Virus record (IMG/VR): IMGVR_UViG_3300020045_008547
Span: 1 to 29,641 of that record
Length of the DNA: 29,641 nt
Source: a virus
Lineage: Duplodnaviria; Caudoviricetes
Reading direction: 5' to 3' (one strand)
Below, piece by piece: positions 8,236-17,150 of this stretch (positions within the stretch are counted from its first letter, which is position 1; each line of letters starts with the position of its first letter). Under the pieces are notes generated by a model. The model had not been told where the DNA came from and made no database searches. It worked only from the letters and a program-made list of their open reading frames with translations. The position numbers and the translations under genes were made by a program.

Positions 8236-10214
8236 TATCTTGCCCCCAAGGATTCGAGCATGCTGTTCGTTTCACGGATGTACCAGCCGTAGTCGATGTC
8301 GCTCGGCAACTCGTCGGGCATGCTCATGAGCGGGACTGCGCCGTCACTCATGGGCACCTTACTGCGGCCACCTTTTTCATTCAGTTTGCTGTAGCGCAGT
8401 GACCCGCTTTCACCCTTACCGTAGTACCAGCGCACGACCTTCCCCAAGTAGTAGAACTGGTCCTCGCCACAATCCATTCGATACGCGGCCTCTACATCCA
8501 GCGGACCTTCTAGGTTGATGAAAGCGTGGTCGAACCGCGCCACAGCTAGTGCTCCAGGCACAACAACTTCCCAGCCATTTTTAATCAGAGCAACGCGCTT
8601 GCCACCCGGCGTCAGGCTATCGTCATACAGCGTGTGCGTCACCTTGATCGCCCCGCCGCGCACTGTTCGCACGGTTACGAACTTTCGCACATCAGTGCAA
8701 CGAAATATTGTTTCAGCAACAGGTGTGCCGTGTTCAAGCCACGCACACGCAGCCTCCACACAAATATACGTCTGCGGATTCTTGCTGATAGAAGGTTCGG
8801 CAAACGCACCCTTGCCCTTGTAGCCACCCTTTTCCTTGAGCGCGACATAGTTGTTGATGTCGCGGCTGAATAGCGCCTTGTACTGGGTTTCCTCAGTCTC
8901 AAAACCAGTCTGCTTTTCCCATGCAGCGATGATGGCGGCGAGTCCGTCTTTGCGCGAGCGCAGGCAACGTATCACGATGCCGTCGGTGTTGGCCGATACA
9001 ACCGATATACCTGCCAACTCCAATGTTTCAATCAGCATGAGCAAGACAAGCTGGCCTGTCACGGTAACTTGGATAAGCAAGTCGGGTGCGTACAGGATCG
9101 AGTATTTGCTGCCCAACTTTCCGAACGCCCCGTTAACCACAATCTTCAGCGCGTCGGCCACAACCTTGTTGCCATTCGCTTTCGCTTCAACACGGATCAG
9201 GACGATGCGCCGATAAATTTTCAGGAACGCTTCGGTCAAATGCTTGGGGAACAGTGAGCACAGCAACACGATCCACGGATAGAAGCTGACCACATCGCGG
9301 TCCAGAAGCATGTAGTCTTCGTCTGCGTAGTGAGCCACACGCGACTCGCTGCTGTGCAAGCCGCCTATGCCCATTCGGTACACGCTCTTGCCGATGCGAA
9401 CGTCTGCGTTTGCCAATGCTGGTGGTTCAACGGGTGCCCCGCTGTGGTCGATCACAAACGACGACGCCTCGATTTCTGCCAGCTTTTTCTGCAACGCCTC
9501 GGTTTGAAATTTGATGAACTTTGGCGCGACGTATTTGAACGTGGTGCCAGGTGGAATGTTAGGCTTACGAGGCTGTTCACCGAGGGCTTGAGTAAGCTGT
9601 TTTTTGATGACCGCTTCTGCGATCTGCGCATCAGATTTGGAACGCAGGTCTACGTCGTAGTCCTTGGTCATCTGTTCGCGCAATTTGATCTGTGGAGCCA
9701 AGTGATTGAACAGATCGATGGTCGCAACCAAGTCGCTGTTGCCGCAGTAGTCGCGCAAGTCAGCACGCTGTTCCACGGTGATGTCGGCGCTGGGATCGAT
9801 AGGTAAATCCTGGAGACGCTTGGAATGCAGGCGACCGGCGTATAGCTTCAGCGATCCTTGGCCGAACGCAACCTCAATCAGGTCGATGTGGTCAACGTAG
9901 CTTGGCACCTTGACATTGAACTGTTGCTCAAACTGCCAGTTGCGCAACTGACCCACGATGATCGCATCGCTGGCCTCTTTCAACTTCGCGCAGTCAGCAC
10001 CAGTCAGCGCCAACATCAGTATGCACATGTCGTAGCTGTTACCGTTGAAAGTGACAACCTTGTACTCGCGCAGGATGCGTTTTATTTCCATGATGTTCAA
10101 CTTTTGACCGTCGAACATTTCATAGTATCGCACCGCATCGCCGTCTACTTTTCGGAACATGACCAGAAAATAATTCCGGTAGCACTCGATGTCCATTGCT
10201 AAAACAGTTTTCAA
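8235..10214 (-). CDS. Phage DNA polymerase, family B-like, with 3'-5' exonuclease domain
   Basis: DIECY, TFNGNSYD, YCGNSD exonuclease motifs; DVVSFYP, KIVVNGAFG, ANTDGI polymerase motifs; TTG start. Confidence 0.9.
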   Translation of the reverse strand: MKTVLAMDIECYRNYFLVMFRKVDGDAVRYYEMFDGQKLNIMEIKRILREYKVVTFNGNSYDMCILMLALTGADCAKLKEASDAIIVGQLRNWQFEQQFNVKVPSYVDHIDLIEVAFGQGSLKLYAGRLHSKRLQDLPIDPSADITVEQRADLRDYCGNSDLVATIDLFNHLAPQIKLREQMTKDYDVDLRSKSDAQIAEAVIKKQLTQALGEQPRKPNIPPGTTFKYVAPKFIKFQTEALQKKLAEIEASSFVIDHSGAPVEPPALANADVRIGKSVYRMGIGGLHSSESRVAHYADEDYMLLDRDVVSFYPWIVLLCSLFPKHLTEAFLKIYRRIVLIRVEAKANGNKVVADALKIVVNGAFGKLGSKYSILYAPDLLIQVTVTGQLVLLMLIETLELAGISVVSANTDGIVIRCLRSRKDGLAAIIAAWEKQTGFETEETQYKALFSRDINNYVALKEKGGYKGKGAFAEPSISKNPQTYICVEAACAWLEHGTPVAETIFRCTDVRKFVTVRTVRGGAIKVTHTLYDDSLTPGGKRVALIKNGWEVVVPGALAVARFDHAFINLEGPLDVEAAYRMDCGEDQFYYLGKVVRWYYGKGESGSLRYSKLNEKGGRSKVPMSDGAVPLMSMPDELPSDIDYGWYIRETNSMLESLGAR

Positions 10215-10251
10215 TTTATTCTCTTACAAAGTTTAAAAGTTAAAGACCGTT

Positions 10252-10398
10252 GCTCTGATTCCCGAGTGTTCATGCTTGCGAACCTGCCCCCGGTTTGTGC
10301 ACCCCGTCCGCGTAGTGTTCAATCGTGCGGGCCGCGTTAGGTTAGCAATCAGAGCCTGAGTACCGCGTGGTCGAAGCGCAGTGGAAAGCGGCAGGTTC
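10252..10398. ncRNA. Candidate structured RNA upstream of the DNA polymerase gene
   Basis: GCTCTGATT(10252-10260)/AATCAGAGC(10347-10355) closes two internal hairpins; GAACCTGCC(10280-10288) is complementary to GGCAGGTTC(10390-10398). Confidence 0.5.
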
Positions 10399-10409
10399 CC
10401 GCGTGTCTT

Positions 10410-10808
10410 TTAAAAGGTGGATCGGTCCTCGCGCACAGTATAGCGGTGGGCTCGCTTAACCATGCGGCTTACCAGCGAGTGGTAGTCTTCGGGTTGGCGG
10501 TTAACCAGTCGGACGGTGGTGTTCAGTGGCAAACCACATGGCGCCGTGAAGCGCACGCCGTGACTGCGGCCATGGTGGTCTACCACACGAAAACTAGCCC
10601 CTGGAGTGACGCGGCGTAACGGCATGCTGGGTCGCTTACGATCTGCAACGGACACCGACGGCAATGCTCGAATCCTGGCGCGCTCTCGGGCAAGGTACTC
10701 GTCGTAGTCATGGGCGCCGAGGTTATACCGGTTCCAATAACTCCAACGATCACGCTTGACAATGCCAGCGCGCGGAACAACCAGTTTAGGTCCGTTGCAG
10801 ATTCGCAT
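10410..10808 (-). CDS. Basic hypothetical protein
   Basis: ATG at 10808 just after the upstream stop (10811); fills the operon gap. Confidence 0.55.
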   Translation of the reverse strand: MRICNGPKLVVPRAGIVKRDRWSYWNRYNLGAHDYDEYLARERARIRALPSVSVADRKRPSMPLRRVTPGASFRVVDHHGRSHGVRFTAPCGLPLNTTVRLVNRQPEDYHSLVSRMVKRAHRYTVREDRSTF

Positions 10809-10810
10809 GG

Positions 10811-11050
10811 TCAGACTGCCTGCATTAGAGCCATGCTCTGCACGACGCTGCCCCAACCCTTGCGAGCATAGCTGCGGGCGGTGGCAACATTGAACGGGAG
10901 CACCTTGCCTTCCGCATCTTTACCCCGCTTGTGGCTGACACCGTGTGCTTCAAAAATGAAACGCAGTGGGCGAATCACCTTAGCGATAGGCAGGGCTTGG
11001 AATGCTGCGTTCTGTGCCTTGCGGCGGGGGCTAAGTTCTTTGGTTTTCAT
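10811..11050 (-). CDS. Small basic hypothetical protein
   Basis: AGGA RBS; operon context. Confidence 0.7.
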   Translation of the reverse strand: MKTKELSPRRKAQNAAFQALPIAKVIRPLRFIFEAHGVSHKRGKDAEGKVLPFNVATARSYARKGWGSVVQSMALMQAV

Positions 11051-11064
11051 CTTGATTTCCTAGG

Positions 11065-12000
11065 TTAAAAAAGGTCGTTGTTGTCACCGCTGGGTGCGGG
11101 TTTGTCGCGGGGTTCTTCACCGCCGAATGCTTGCACCAATTCTGACAGAAGACCGGTGAGTTCACCAGTCATAATTGCAAAATCTGCATCCAAGCCGGAG
11201 TCAGCGCCGTTGTCTTGCTTGCGTGAGTTGTCTTCAAACACCACGTCCAGGAACTTGATCTTTTTGATCTTGAACTGGTCGGTGATGACGAAGGACACGC
11301 GGTCGTTCCAGGTCAGCGCCAGCGAGGTGCAAACCTTGCCCTGCTTGATGTGCTCACGCAGGTTGTCGGTGTCCAACGTGCTGTTGGTGTAGCGCACCAC
11401 AGCCTTGCTCTCGTCGCACGCCTTCAACTCGCACGCACGGTTGATTGCAAAGGCCACCGGACCCTCTTGCGCCGCCAGCCACTCGGTCATCACGGACCCA
11501 GCGCTGCGTGCCAGAACCAGGGTCTGGAGGGACAGCTTGTCCAAGGCCTTGACCAGCCAGGTGATAACGCGGTCGCTCACCGACTGAGAGCCGGTGTTCA
11601 ACACGATCCAGCCGTTCTTCGGGTCGATCCAAACGGCAACCTGAGATTCGGTTGGGAGCACCTGGGGCAACAGCGCCATGCGCATGTCCTCGGTTATCTC
11701 GCGGCGCTCTTTCTTGCCGGGTTTACGGCCAGTCTGCGTGTACAGTTCGTCGCAATGCTCTTGCACACGTTTCTTGAGAACAGCACCGGGCACCTTGCGC
11801 ACCTCGGTCTTGAAGTACAGCAGCATCTGCCCGCCGACTGAGTGAGCGAACTTGTCGTCTTGCACTGGCACCCAACCAACGGAGAGTTCTTGGGACGCAC
11901 CAATGGGGCAATGTGAGTGCTGGGCCAGCGCATGCTCGACCGCGGCTACGTCCAGATGCCAGCCGCTGGTCATGCGATAGACCTGAATGTTTTTAAACAT
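11065..12000 (-). CDS. rdgC: Recombination-associated protein RdgC
   Basis: MFKNIQVYR, SVGWVP, GRKPGKKE, LALTWNDRVSFV, ADFAIMTGEL. Confidence 0.93.
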   Translation of the reverse strand: MFKNIQVYRMTSGWHLDVAAVEHALAQHSHCPIGASQELSVGWVPVQDDKFAHSVGGQMLLYFKTEVRKVPGAVLKKRVQEHCDELYTQTGRKPGKKERREITEDMRMALLPQVLPTESQVAVWIDPKNGWIVLNTGSQSVSDRVITWLVKALDKLSLQTLVLARSAGSVMTEWLAAQEGPVAFAINRACELKACDESKAVVRYTNSTLDTDNLREHIKQGKVCTSLALTWNDRVSFVITDQFKIKKIKFLDVVFEDNSRKQDNGADSGLDADFAIMTGELTGLLSELVQAFGGEEPRDKPAPSGDNNDLF

Positions 12001-12355
12001 TGCCTTCACCCTTTGCAAGTTGGATTCTTTTTTCTCGCACCTTGTCTGCGGCAACCAGCGCGCAAACTATGACCAAAAACCAAGCGACCCCGCTGACGAT
12101 GTGCCCGAACCAGAGAAGGGTAAACAACGTGATCCAGGCTTGTGCCATGCCCAGGAAAAACCGGATTGGAGTTGCAGGTTTCTTGGCTTGGTCTTCAACG
12201 CTTTTTTCCAGAATCATGGACCAGCAGAACGCAGCAGTAACCCACACCCAAAACTTCAGGACGTACATTGCCCCTTCGATGTTTTCAAAGAACGCACCGT
12301 ACAACAGTGCCCAGTGCAAAGCATGCACGAACACCCATTGCGATAACTTTTTCAT
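11993..12355 (-). CDS. Multi-pass membrane protein
   Basis: About four hydrophobic segments; AAGGA RBS. Confidence 0.75.
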   Translation of the reverse strand: MKKLSQWVFVHALHWALLYGAFFENIEGAMYVLKFWVWVTAAFCWSMILEKSVEDQAKKPATPIRFFLGMAQAWITLFTLLWFGHIVSGVAWFLVIVCALVAADKVREKRIQLAKGEGNV

Positions 12356-12370
12356 CTTGAATTCCTTGGT

Positions 12371-12401
12371 AAAAGACCCCCTGCAAAAAGCAGAGGGTCT
12401 T
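12371..12401 (-). terminator. Hairpin/terminator after the SSB gene
   Basis: Minus strand AAGACCCTCTGC-TTTTT-GCAGGGGGTCTT followed by a short T tail. Confidence 0.6.
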
Positions 12402-12408
12402 GAGGGTT

Positions 12409-13131
12409 TTAGAACAGGTCGGAGCCGCCGCCAGATGCGCTGGTGGCTTCTTCGACTTCTTCCTCGCCAAAGCCTTCAGCCGAGGTGGGTCCAGCGCCGA
12501 ACGCTTCACCGTCAGCAGCGAACTGCACGGCTTCGATCTTGCAGAAGACCTGGTTCGGGATGATTTCCTTGTTGCTGCCGGTGAACTTTTTGCCAGCCAC
12601 AAAGGTGATCTTCAGGTTCACGTAGCAACCGCGGTACGGCGGTTTGACTTCGTAGCCCAGGTCGTCGGTCACGTCCATGGCGCCGATCATCGCGCGGCCA
12701 GCTTCAGTGATGTAAGGGAACACGCCGTTAGGGTCTTTGGCGGTCACGAACTCGTTGTTGCGACCCTTGAAGCGCTTGGGGCCGATGACCTGTGGCTTGG
12801 ACTTGTTGCTGGTGGACACGAAGAACATGCCTGCGTACTCAGGACGCACGGAGCCGTCATCGGCCATCTTGTCGTCACCGTTACGCAGCGCTTTGTTGTT
12901 CGCGGCCATGCTGCGGATCATCGCAATCGCGTTGTCGCCCCACAGCTTCTTCGCGGCGGCAATCATCGCGTCAGCGCAGACCTTGTAGTTGTCGCTGTTG
13001 GGTTCGATCAGCGCGGACACCTTGTACTTGGGTGCACCGCCGTTCATGCCGTCACCAGGCTTGTAAATGTCGAGCCATGTGGCGCGGACACGCTTCAAAA
13101 ATACCGGATCAGAGTTTGCAAAGTTAGACAT
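12409..13131 (-). CDS. DUF2815-like (Enc34/T7 gp2.5-type) ssDNA-binding protein
   Basis: PKYKVSALI, LRNGD, EYAGMFFVS, YRGCYVN, VQFAADGEAFG; acidic tail ending in F. Confidence 0.88.
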   Translation of the reverse strand: MSNFANSDPVFLKRVRATWLDIYKPGDGMNGGAPKYKVSALIEPNSDNYKVCADAMIAAAKKLWGDNAIAMIRSMAANNKALRNGDDKMADDGSVRPEYAGMFFVSTSNKSKPQVIGPKRFKGRNNEFVTAKDPNGVFPYITEAGRAMIGAMDVTDDLGYEVKPPYRGCYVNLKITFVAGKKFTGSNKEIIPNQVFCKIEAVQFAADGEAFGAGPTSAEGFGEEEVEEATSASGGGSDLF

Positions 13132-13153
13132 TTAAAGGTTCCAATTTTTCAGG

Positions 13154-14092
13154 TTAAAAAAGATCGTCATTTAGGCCGGTGTTAGGGACACCTTCCGAAC
13201 CCACGTCATCAAAACCGTCAGTGCTTGACACCGCTGGTCTTGGGTCTGTTTCTAAGGCGATGACCGGTTGGCCTCGCTCTTGTTTAATCAATGCTTCCAG
13301 GCGCTTCCACTGGGTTGGACCAATCAGTGGGTCAGGCTTGGGTTCACCCTTCTTCACACGCTTAACCTTGGTGAACTTTTCCAGTTGCGCTGGGCTGCTG
13401 AGAGAGCGCTGGTACATGACACTTGCACCCAAGCGCATGCGTTCCATGTGGTCTTCAGCAACTGTCTCGTTTTCCCAGTAGCGCCGACCCATGCGCCCGT
13501 CAACGAACTTATAGCCTATGCCGTCGGGGCGCTCGACACGGTTGCCCTCACTCAGGCGCTCACGAAGGCGTTGGCTGACAGCGGAGCACCAGTCCTCCAC
13601 CATGGGTATCAGTGAGTACAGCGTGCCGAGTTGGTGGTCCTTGACCGGGGCGGGCTTTGCAGTTTCAAGGTCGTCAAAACCTTCGACTGCCAATTCCATG
13701 ACTCGCTGCGTTTGGGCAGCGCAGTCGCCCGATGCACGGCAGAAGTGGCAGGCATCTGGTGACGGCACGAACTGTGGGTTGCTGCGTGTTTCCTCGGCCT
13801 TCAGCGCCAGGTAGTCGCGTACTTCCATGAGTTCCGCAATCGTGCAGGTGTACTCACTGATATGGTTGACGAACGGCTGGATGATGGTCATTGACACAAA
13901 ATCCCAGTCGTAAAACAACCCGTATTTTTCAATGGCTCCGAGGGCATACGCTGCCATTTGCAGGTTGGCCCGACGCTTTTCGGGAATGCGCTTGCCTGTC
14001 ACGAAACAGTCGCGCTCGGGCTCAATAATGTCGTAGGCGTCAACCTTGTTGCGCCCGAATTTGAAATCAGCGATGCGGAGTGTGCGTGCCAT
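13154..14092 (-). CDS. DUF2800/Cas4-like PD-(D/E)xK exonuclease, C-terminal part
   Basis: IADFKFG, NLQMAAYALG, IIQP, CHFCRASGDC, GYKFVDGR..R.W, SPAQLEK. Confidence 0.85.
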   Translation of the reverse strand: MARTLRIADFKFGRNKVDAYDIIEPERDCFVTGKRIPEKRRANLQMAAYALGAIEKYGLFYDWDFVSMTIIQPFVNHISEYTCTIAELMEVRDYLALKAEETRSNPQFVPSPDACHFCRASGDCAAQTQRVMELAVEGFDDLETAKPAPVKDHQLGTLYSLIPMVEDWCSAVSQRLRERLSEGNRVERPDGIGYKFVDGRMGRRYWENETVAEDHMERMRLGASVMYQRSLSSPAQLEKFTKVKRVKKGEPKPDPLIGPTQWKRLEALIKQERGQPVIALETDPRPAVSSTDGFDDVGSEGVPNTGLNDDLF

Positions 14093-14541
14093 TAGAGAAT
14101 CAGTATGTCAGTCGTGCCGCTGGCACCTTCTTCGCCGGTGAAATGCCCAATGGGCACGCTTTGTTCAGCCAGCAACTCACCGCCGTGCAGCCGGTGCATT
14201 TCAAACACGTAGTCGGTGGCGGCGCCGACTGCCTCAATGTGGTCTTCGGTGACTGTGATTTCAGCCACGACCTTCGCGCTCAGAGGCATCCTGCCGTAGT
14301 CGTCGGCCCAGTTCTCACCTGAGCCATCAGTCTCATGCGTCCAAAACAGCATGATGCGCCCGAGGTAACTGGTTGGGTCTACCCCGAAGCGCACCACTTC
14401 CTCGGCCATCTGGTGACACATCGTGCCCTCCCGGCTGTCGGGGCTCGACTCATTTGGGCGACCACGCTGCGCCGCCACCGACGCGGTGCACGTAGTCCAT
14501 TGCGCCGCCCCGGAGGGCGATAGTTCAGCGTGGTAGCCCAT
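14092..14541 (-). CDS. DUF2800/Cas4-like exonuclease, N-terminal part
   Basis: HAELSPSGA.QW..C, EGTMCH, AEQSV, GTTD; joined to the C-terminal part by TAATG. Confidence 0.85.
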   Translation of the reverse strand: MGYHAELSPSGAAQWTTCTASVAAQRGRPNESSPDSREGTMCHQMAEEVVRFGVDPTSYLGRIMLFWTHETDGSGENWADDYGRMPLSAKVVAEITVTEDHIEAVGAATDYVFEMHRLHGGELLAEQSVPIGHFTGEEGASGTTDILIL

Positions 14542-14545
14542 TTGC

Positions 14546-15226
14546 TTAGATACCCAGGTCGTCGGCGTCAGCCGCTGGGTTCAACAAGCTGTTGACGAAC
14601 GCCAGAATCTCAGCGTTCTTGCCCAGTGTTGCCAGTTCAGGAACCTTGGCACCGGTCTTGTCGAACTTAGCCAGCACTGCCAGCACGCCGTCACGGCCCT
14701 GGCCCGGTGCGGTGCCCGCGTTGAGCAGCTTGATCTGCGCCATGACTGATTCCCACGGCGTATCGGACGAGGCAGTCGATGCAGCGGAGTCCTGTGCAGG
14801 GGTTTTCGCATTGTCGGTAGACTGTGCGCCCGTTGCTGGGTTCGACTTTTTTGCGAATTCGGACTTTTTGGTTGTGTAGTGAGCCGCCGATTCGATCTTG
14901 AAGGACTGGTCCTGGGGATCAGGGTTGCCAGGCGTCTGTGCGTAGACCGTTTGCAGGTTCTCGCTGACCCAATAGCGGGTACCAGCGGGGTCGCCTTCGA
15001 CCACACCCATTGCCGCCGCGGGGTCAGCGTTGGTGGAGTTGTCCTTGGCCTTGCGAGTGGTCTTCTTTTCAGTGGATGCAGGAGTGTCGGTGGGCTTGGT
15101 GGTTTCGCTGGTGCCAGCAAATTCAGCCGTTGCCATGACGCCCTGGATCACACCGGCAGATTGCATGATGGTGACCAGCAGCTTCAGGCTGGTGTCGATA
15201 CTGTCGAGTTTCGCTTCAATTGTCAT
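14546..15226 (-). CDS. Hypothetical protein with low-complexity Ala/Thr/Lys linkers
   Basis: ATG at 15226 after GGAG; first gene of the leftward replication operon. Confidence 0.8.
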   Translation of the reverse strand: MTIEAKLDSIDTSLKLLVTIMQSAGVIQGVMATAEFAGTSETTKPTDTPASTEKKTTRKAKDNSTNADPAAAMGVVEGDPAGTRYWVSENLQTVYAQTPGNPDPQDQSFKIESAAHYTTKKSEFAKKSNPATGAQSTDNAKTPAQDSAASTASSDTPWESVMAQIKLLNAGTAPGQGRDGVLAVLAKFDKTGAKVPELATLGKNAEILAFVNSLLNPAADADDLGI

Positions 15227-15277
15227 AAAAAACTCCAATAAAGGATGGTTGGGTGAATTCCGAAAACCGGAAGCAAT

Positions 15278-15306
15278 AATGTAGCAGCTATTTAGTTGTT
15301 GCGAAA
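15278..15306 (-). promoter_or_regulatory. Leftward promoter of the replication operon with overlapping operator (15291-15306)
   Basis: -10 TACATT; weak -35 TTTCGC/TTCGCA at 17/16 bp; AT-rich upstream. Confidence 0.55.
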
Positions 15307-15341
15307 TAGGTTTAATTAAAAAATTTATTTTTCACTAAACG

Positions 15342-15370
15342 TTGACAAGTGCTTAGAGTGTGTTTAAAGT
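15342..15370 (+). promoter_or_regulatory. Rightward sigma70-like promoter 1
   Basis: TTGACA-17 bp-TAAAGT; operator-like site immediately upstream (15324-15339). Confidence 0.75.
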
Positions 15371-15397
15371 TGAGTCTTCGTAACGAATTAATTCAGG

Positions 15398-15425
15398 TTG
15401 ACAATTTTAAGTTCGTGTATAGAAT
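15398..15425 (+). promoter_or_regulatory. Rightward sigma70-like promoter 2
   Basis: TTGACA-16 bp-TAGAAT. Confidence 0.7.
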
Positions 15426-15450
15426 GCAGGTTTTAAACACGATTTCCACC

Positions 15451-16098
15451 ATGAGTAAAAAACTAACCCTTGTTCCGGGAATGCAATTTGGCCGCTTCAC
15501 AGTAGTGCATGAAGCCGCCCCACGGCGGGCTAAAAATGGAAACGCAGTCCGTCATGTTTTGTGCAAATGCAGCTGTGGTGCCGTAAAAGAAGTTCGTTTG
15601 GGTAGTTTGACCGAAGGTAAAACGGTAAGTTGTGGCTGCTTCCACAAGCAACAAGCTGGTGAACAAATGAAGGCTTTGGCTAAAACCCACGGGTTGTCCA
15701 AAACACCTGTTTACCAAGTATGGTGCGGCATGAAACGCAGGTGCTTTAACCCGAAAGACAAGCGCTACAAAAACTACGGAGCTAGGGGTATTTCAGTACA
15801 CCCCCTGTGGGTGAATGATTTTGCAGCATTTGCCTCGCATATGGGACCGCGGGGGTCGGCGCTGACCGTGGAAAGGATCGACAACGACAAAGGTTATGAG
15901 CCCGGTAACGTTCGTTGGGCAACTCACACAGAGCAGGCTCGAAACAGAACCAGCAACCATATGCACACCATTGATGGGGTAACGAAGTGTTTAGCAGAGT
16001 GGTGTGAGGTTCTAAACGAGCCTTGGACCACAGTTAAAAAGCGGGTTGCAGCTGGACGCGACCCGTTCATTCGGCAACGTAAACGGAGAATCAAATGA
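15451..16098 (+). CDS. HNH-type homing endonuclease-like protein
   Basis: FGRFTV, CKCSCG, SCGC, MKRRC, YGARGISV, ERIDNDKGYEPGNVRWAT..EQARN; start assigned to ATG 15451. Confidence 0.85.
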   Translation: MSKKLTLVPGMQFGRFTVVHEAAPRRAKNGNAVRHVLCKCSCGAVKEVRLGSLTEGKTVSCGCFHKQQAGEQMKALAKTHGLSKTPVYQVWCGMKRRCFNPKDKRYKNYGARGISVHPLWVNDFAAFASHMGPRGSALTVERIDNDKGYEPGNVRWATHTEQARNRTSNHMHTIDGVTKCLAEWCEVLNEPWTTVKKRVAAGRDPFIRQRKRRIK

Positions 16099-16301
16099 GA
16101 GTTTCAAACAGCAATTACAACGGACGCATGGCTCGCACGCTAACAGAAGCGTTCGGCGCGCATACGAGCACCACAATCCACCCCATGGGCTCCGACAAGC
16201 ACAAGCTGCCCCGCCGTAAGATGGCGCAGGCCACCGTGTCGTACCTGGTCATGGTAGTAGTGTGCAGCGTTGCTGCCGTGATTACGGTGGTGATGCAATG
16301 A
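16095..16301 (+). CDS. Small protein with C-terminal TM helix
   Basis: GGAGA RBS; 'RTLTEAFG'; hydrophobic tail. Confidence 0.7.
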   Translation: MRVSNSNYNGRMARTLTEAFGAHTSTTIHPMGSDKHKLPRRKMAQATVSYLVMVVVCSVAAVITVVMQ

Positions 16302-16546
16302 GCAAGACTTGGTTTGTAGAGCGCGATCCTGCCTCAGATGGTCGTCTTGTAAAAGACACCGAAGGTGGTGGAACCGTAGCGTATGTATTCGCTGACGACG
16401 GAGGTGTGGAAGCTCGCCTGATCGCCGCCGCGCCAGAAATGCACGTTGCACTGAAAGGATTATGCGACCGGCTTGGACCACGATGGTTTCTTGAGCAAGG
16501 CTGGGCCGACCCATTGGCTGTTTTGATGAAGGTTGAACCAAAATGA
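16298..16546 (+). CDS. Small phage protein (ARLIAAAP family)
   Basis: ATGA overlap at 16298; 'EARLIAAAPEM'. Confidence 0.75.
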   Translation: MSKTWFVERDPASDGRLVKDTEGGGTVAYVFADDGGVEARLIAAAPEMHVALKGLCDRLGPRWFLEQGWADPLAVLMKVEPK

Positions 16547-16905
16547 CCTCACGCCTACGCAACACACCAGCGCGCACCGCCGCCATGGTCAACGCGCTGA
16601 TCAACGGACCACAGACCTATGACCAACTGTGCGCGGCTAGCGGGCTGAACAAGACCGCGGTAGCTACCTGGGTCAAGAGCATGCGGGCCGCCGGGCTCAT
16701 GTACATCAGCGGGTGGTCACAGGACTGCCGGGACCGCCAGATCGTGTCGGTGTTTGCATGGGGTACCGGCAAGGACGTGCCGCGCGCCGGTCTAGCGCGG
16801 ACAAGTGCCCAACGGATGGCCGCAAGCCGTGCTGCAAAAAAGATAGCTGCACAGGCAAGCGTGGCGGCGGTTAGCGACGAGTTTGGCTTGGGAGAATCGG
16901 CATGA
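16543..16905 (+). CDS. Putative winged-HTH DNA-binding protein
   Basis: GPQTYDQLCAASGLNKTAVATWVKSMRAAGLMYISGW. Confidence 0.7.
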   Translation: MTSRLRNTPARTAAMVNALINGPQTYDQLCAASGLNKTAVATWVKSMRAAGLMYISGWSQDCRDRQIVSVFAWGTGKDVPRAGLARTSAQRMAASRAAKKIAAQASVAAVSDEFGLGESA

Positions 16906-17150
16906 ACTTCAGAGATATTGACTGGGGCTTCGGGATAATCATGCTGGGCTTTGGCCTGGTTGCTACAGGCGTCTTATACGGCGGCTACCTCGAATCCCAG
17001 CGGCCAGAGTTCTGCCTGAAAAAGGACGACTGGAAATGCACAGGCACGGTGACGCGCACCCACCTGCAATCCGTAACGACCGGCACCGTCACCGCCCTGG
17101 TGCCCGTGACCGAAACCCATTGCGTGAAGTATGAGCCCAGCGCCAACTAG
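16902..17150 (+). CDS. Membrane-anchored hypothetical protein
   Basis: GGAGA RBS; N-terminal TM helix; WKC...C..Y. Confidence 0.7.
   Translation: MNFRDIDWGFGIIMLGFGLVATGVLYGGYLESQRPEFCLKKDDWKCTGTVTRTHLQSVTTGTVTALVPVTETHCVKYEPSAN

Noticed and set aside
10356-10392. Hammerhead ribozyme suggested by CTGAGTA...GGAAA
   Set aside because: Core would be CUGAGUA rather than CUGANGA (C3-G8 pair lost), and I could not build stems I and III
13154-14541. CRISPR-Cas locus or mini-array linked to the Cas4-like gene
   Set aside because: No repeat-spacer array found; the repeats at 26107 and 28003 have two copies and unsuitable spacing; DUF2800 next to DUF2815 is a standard phage replication module
15349-15450. 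Upstream starts given in the ORF track (e.g. 15349; likewise 12054, 21891, 28024)
   Set aside because: They run through promoters or upstream genes; downstream ATGs fit RBS position or stop-start coupling better
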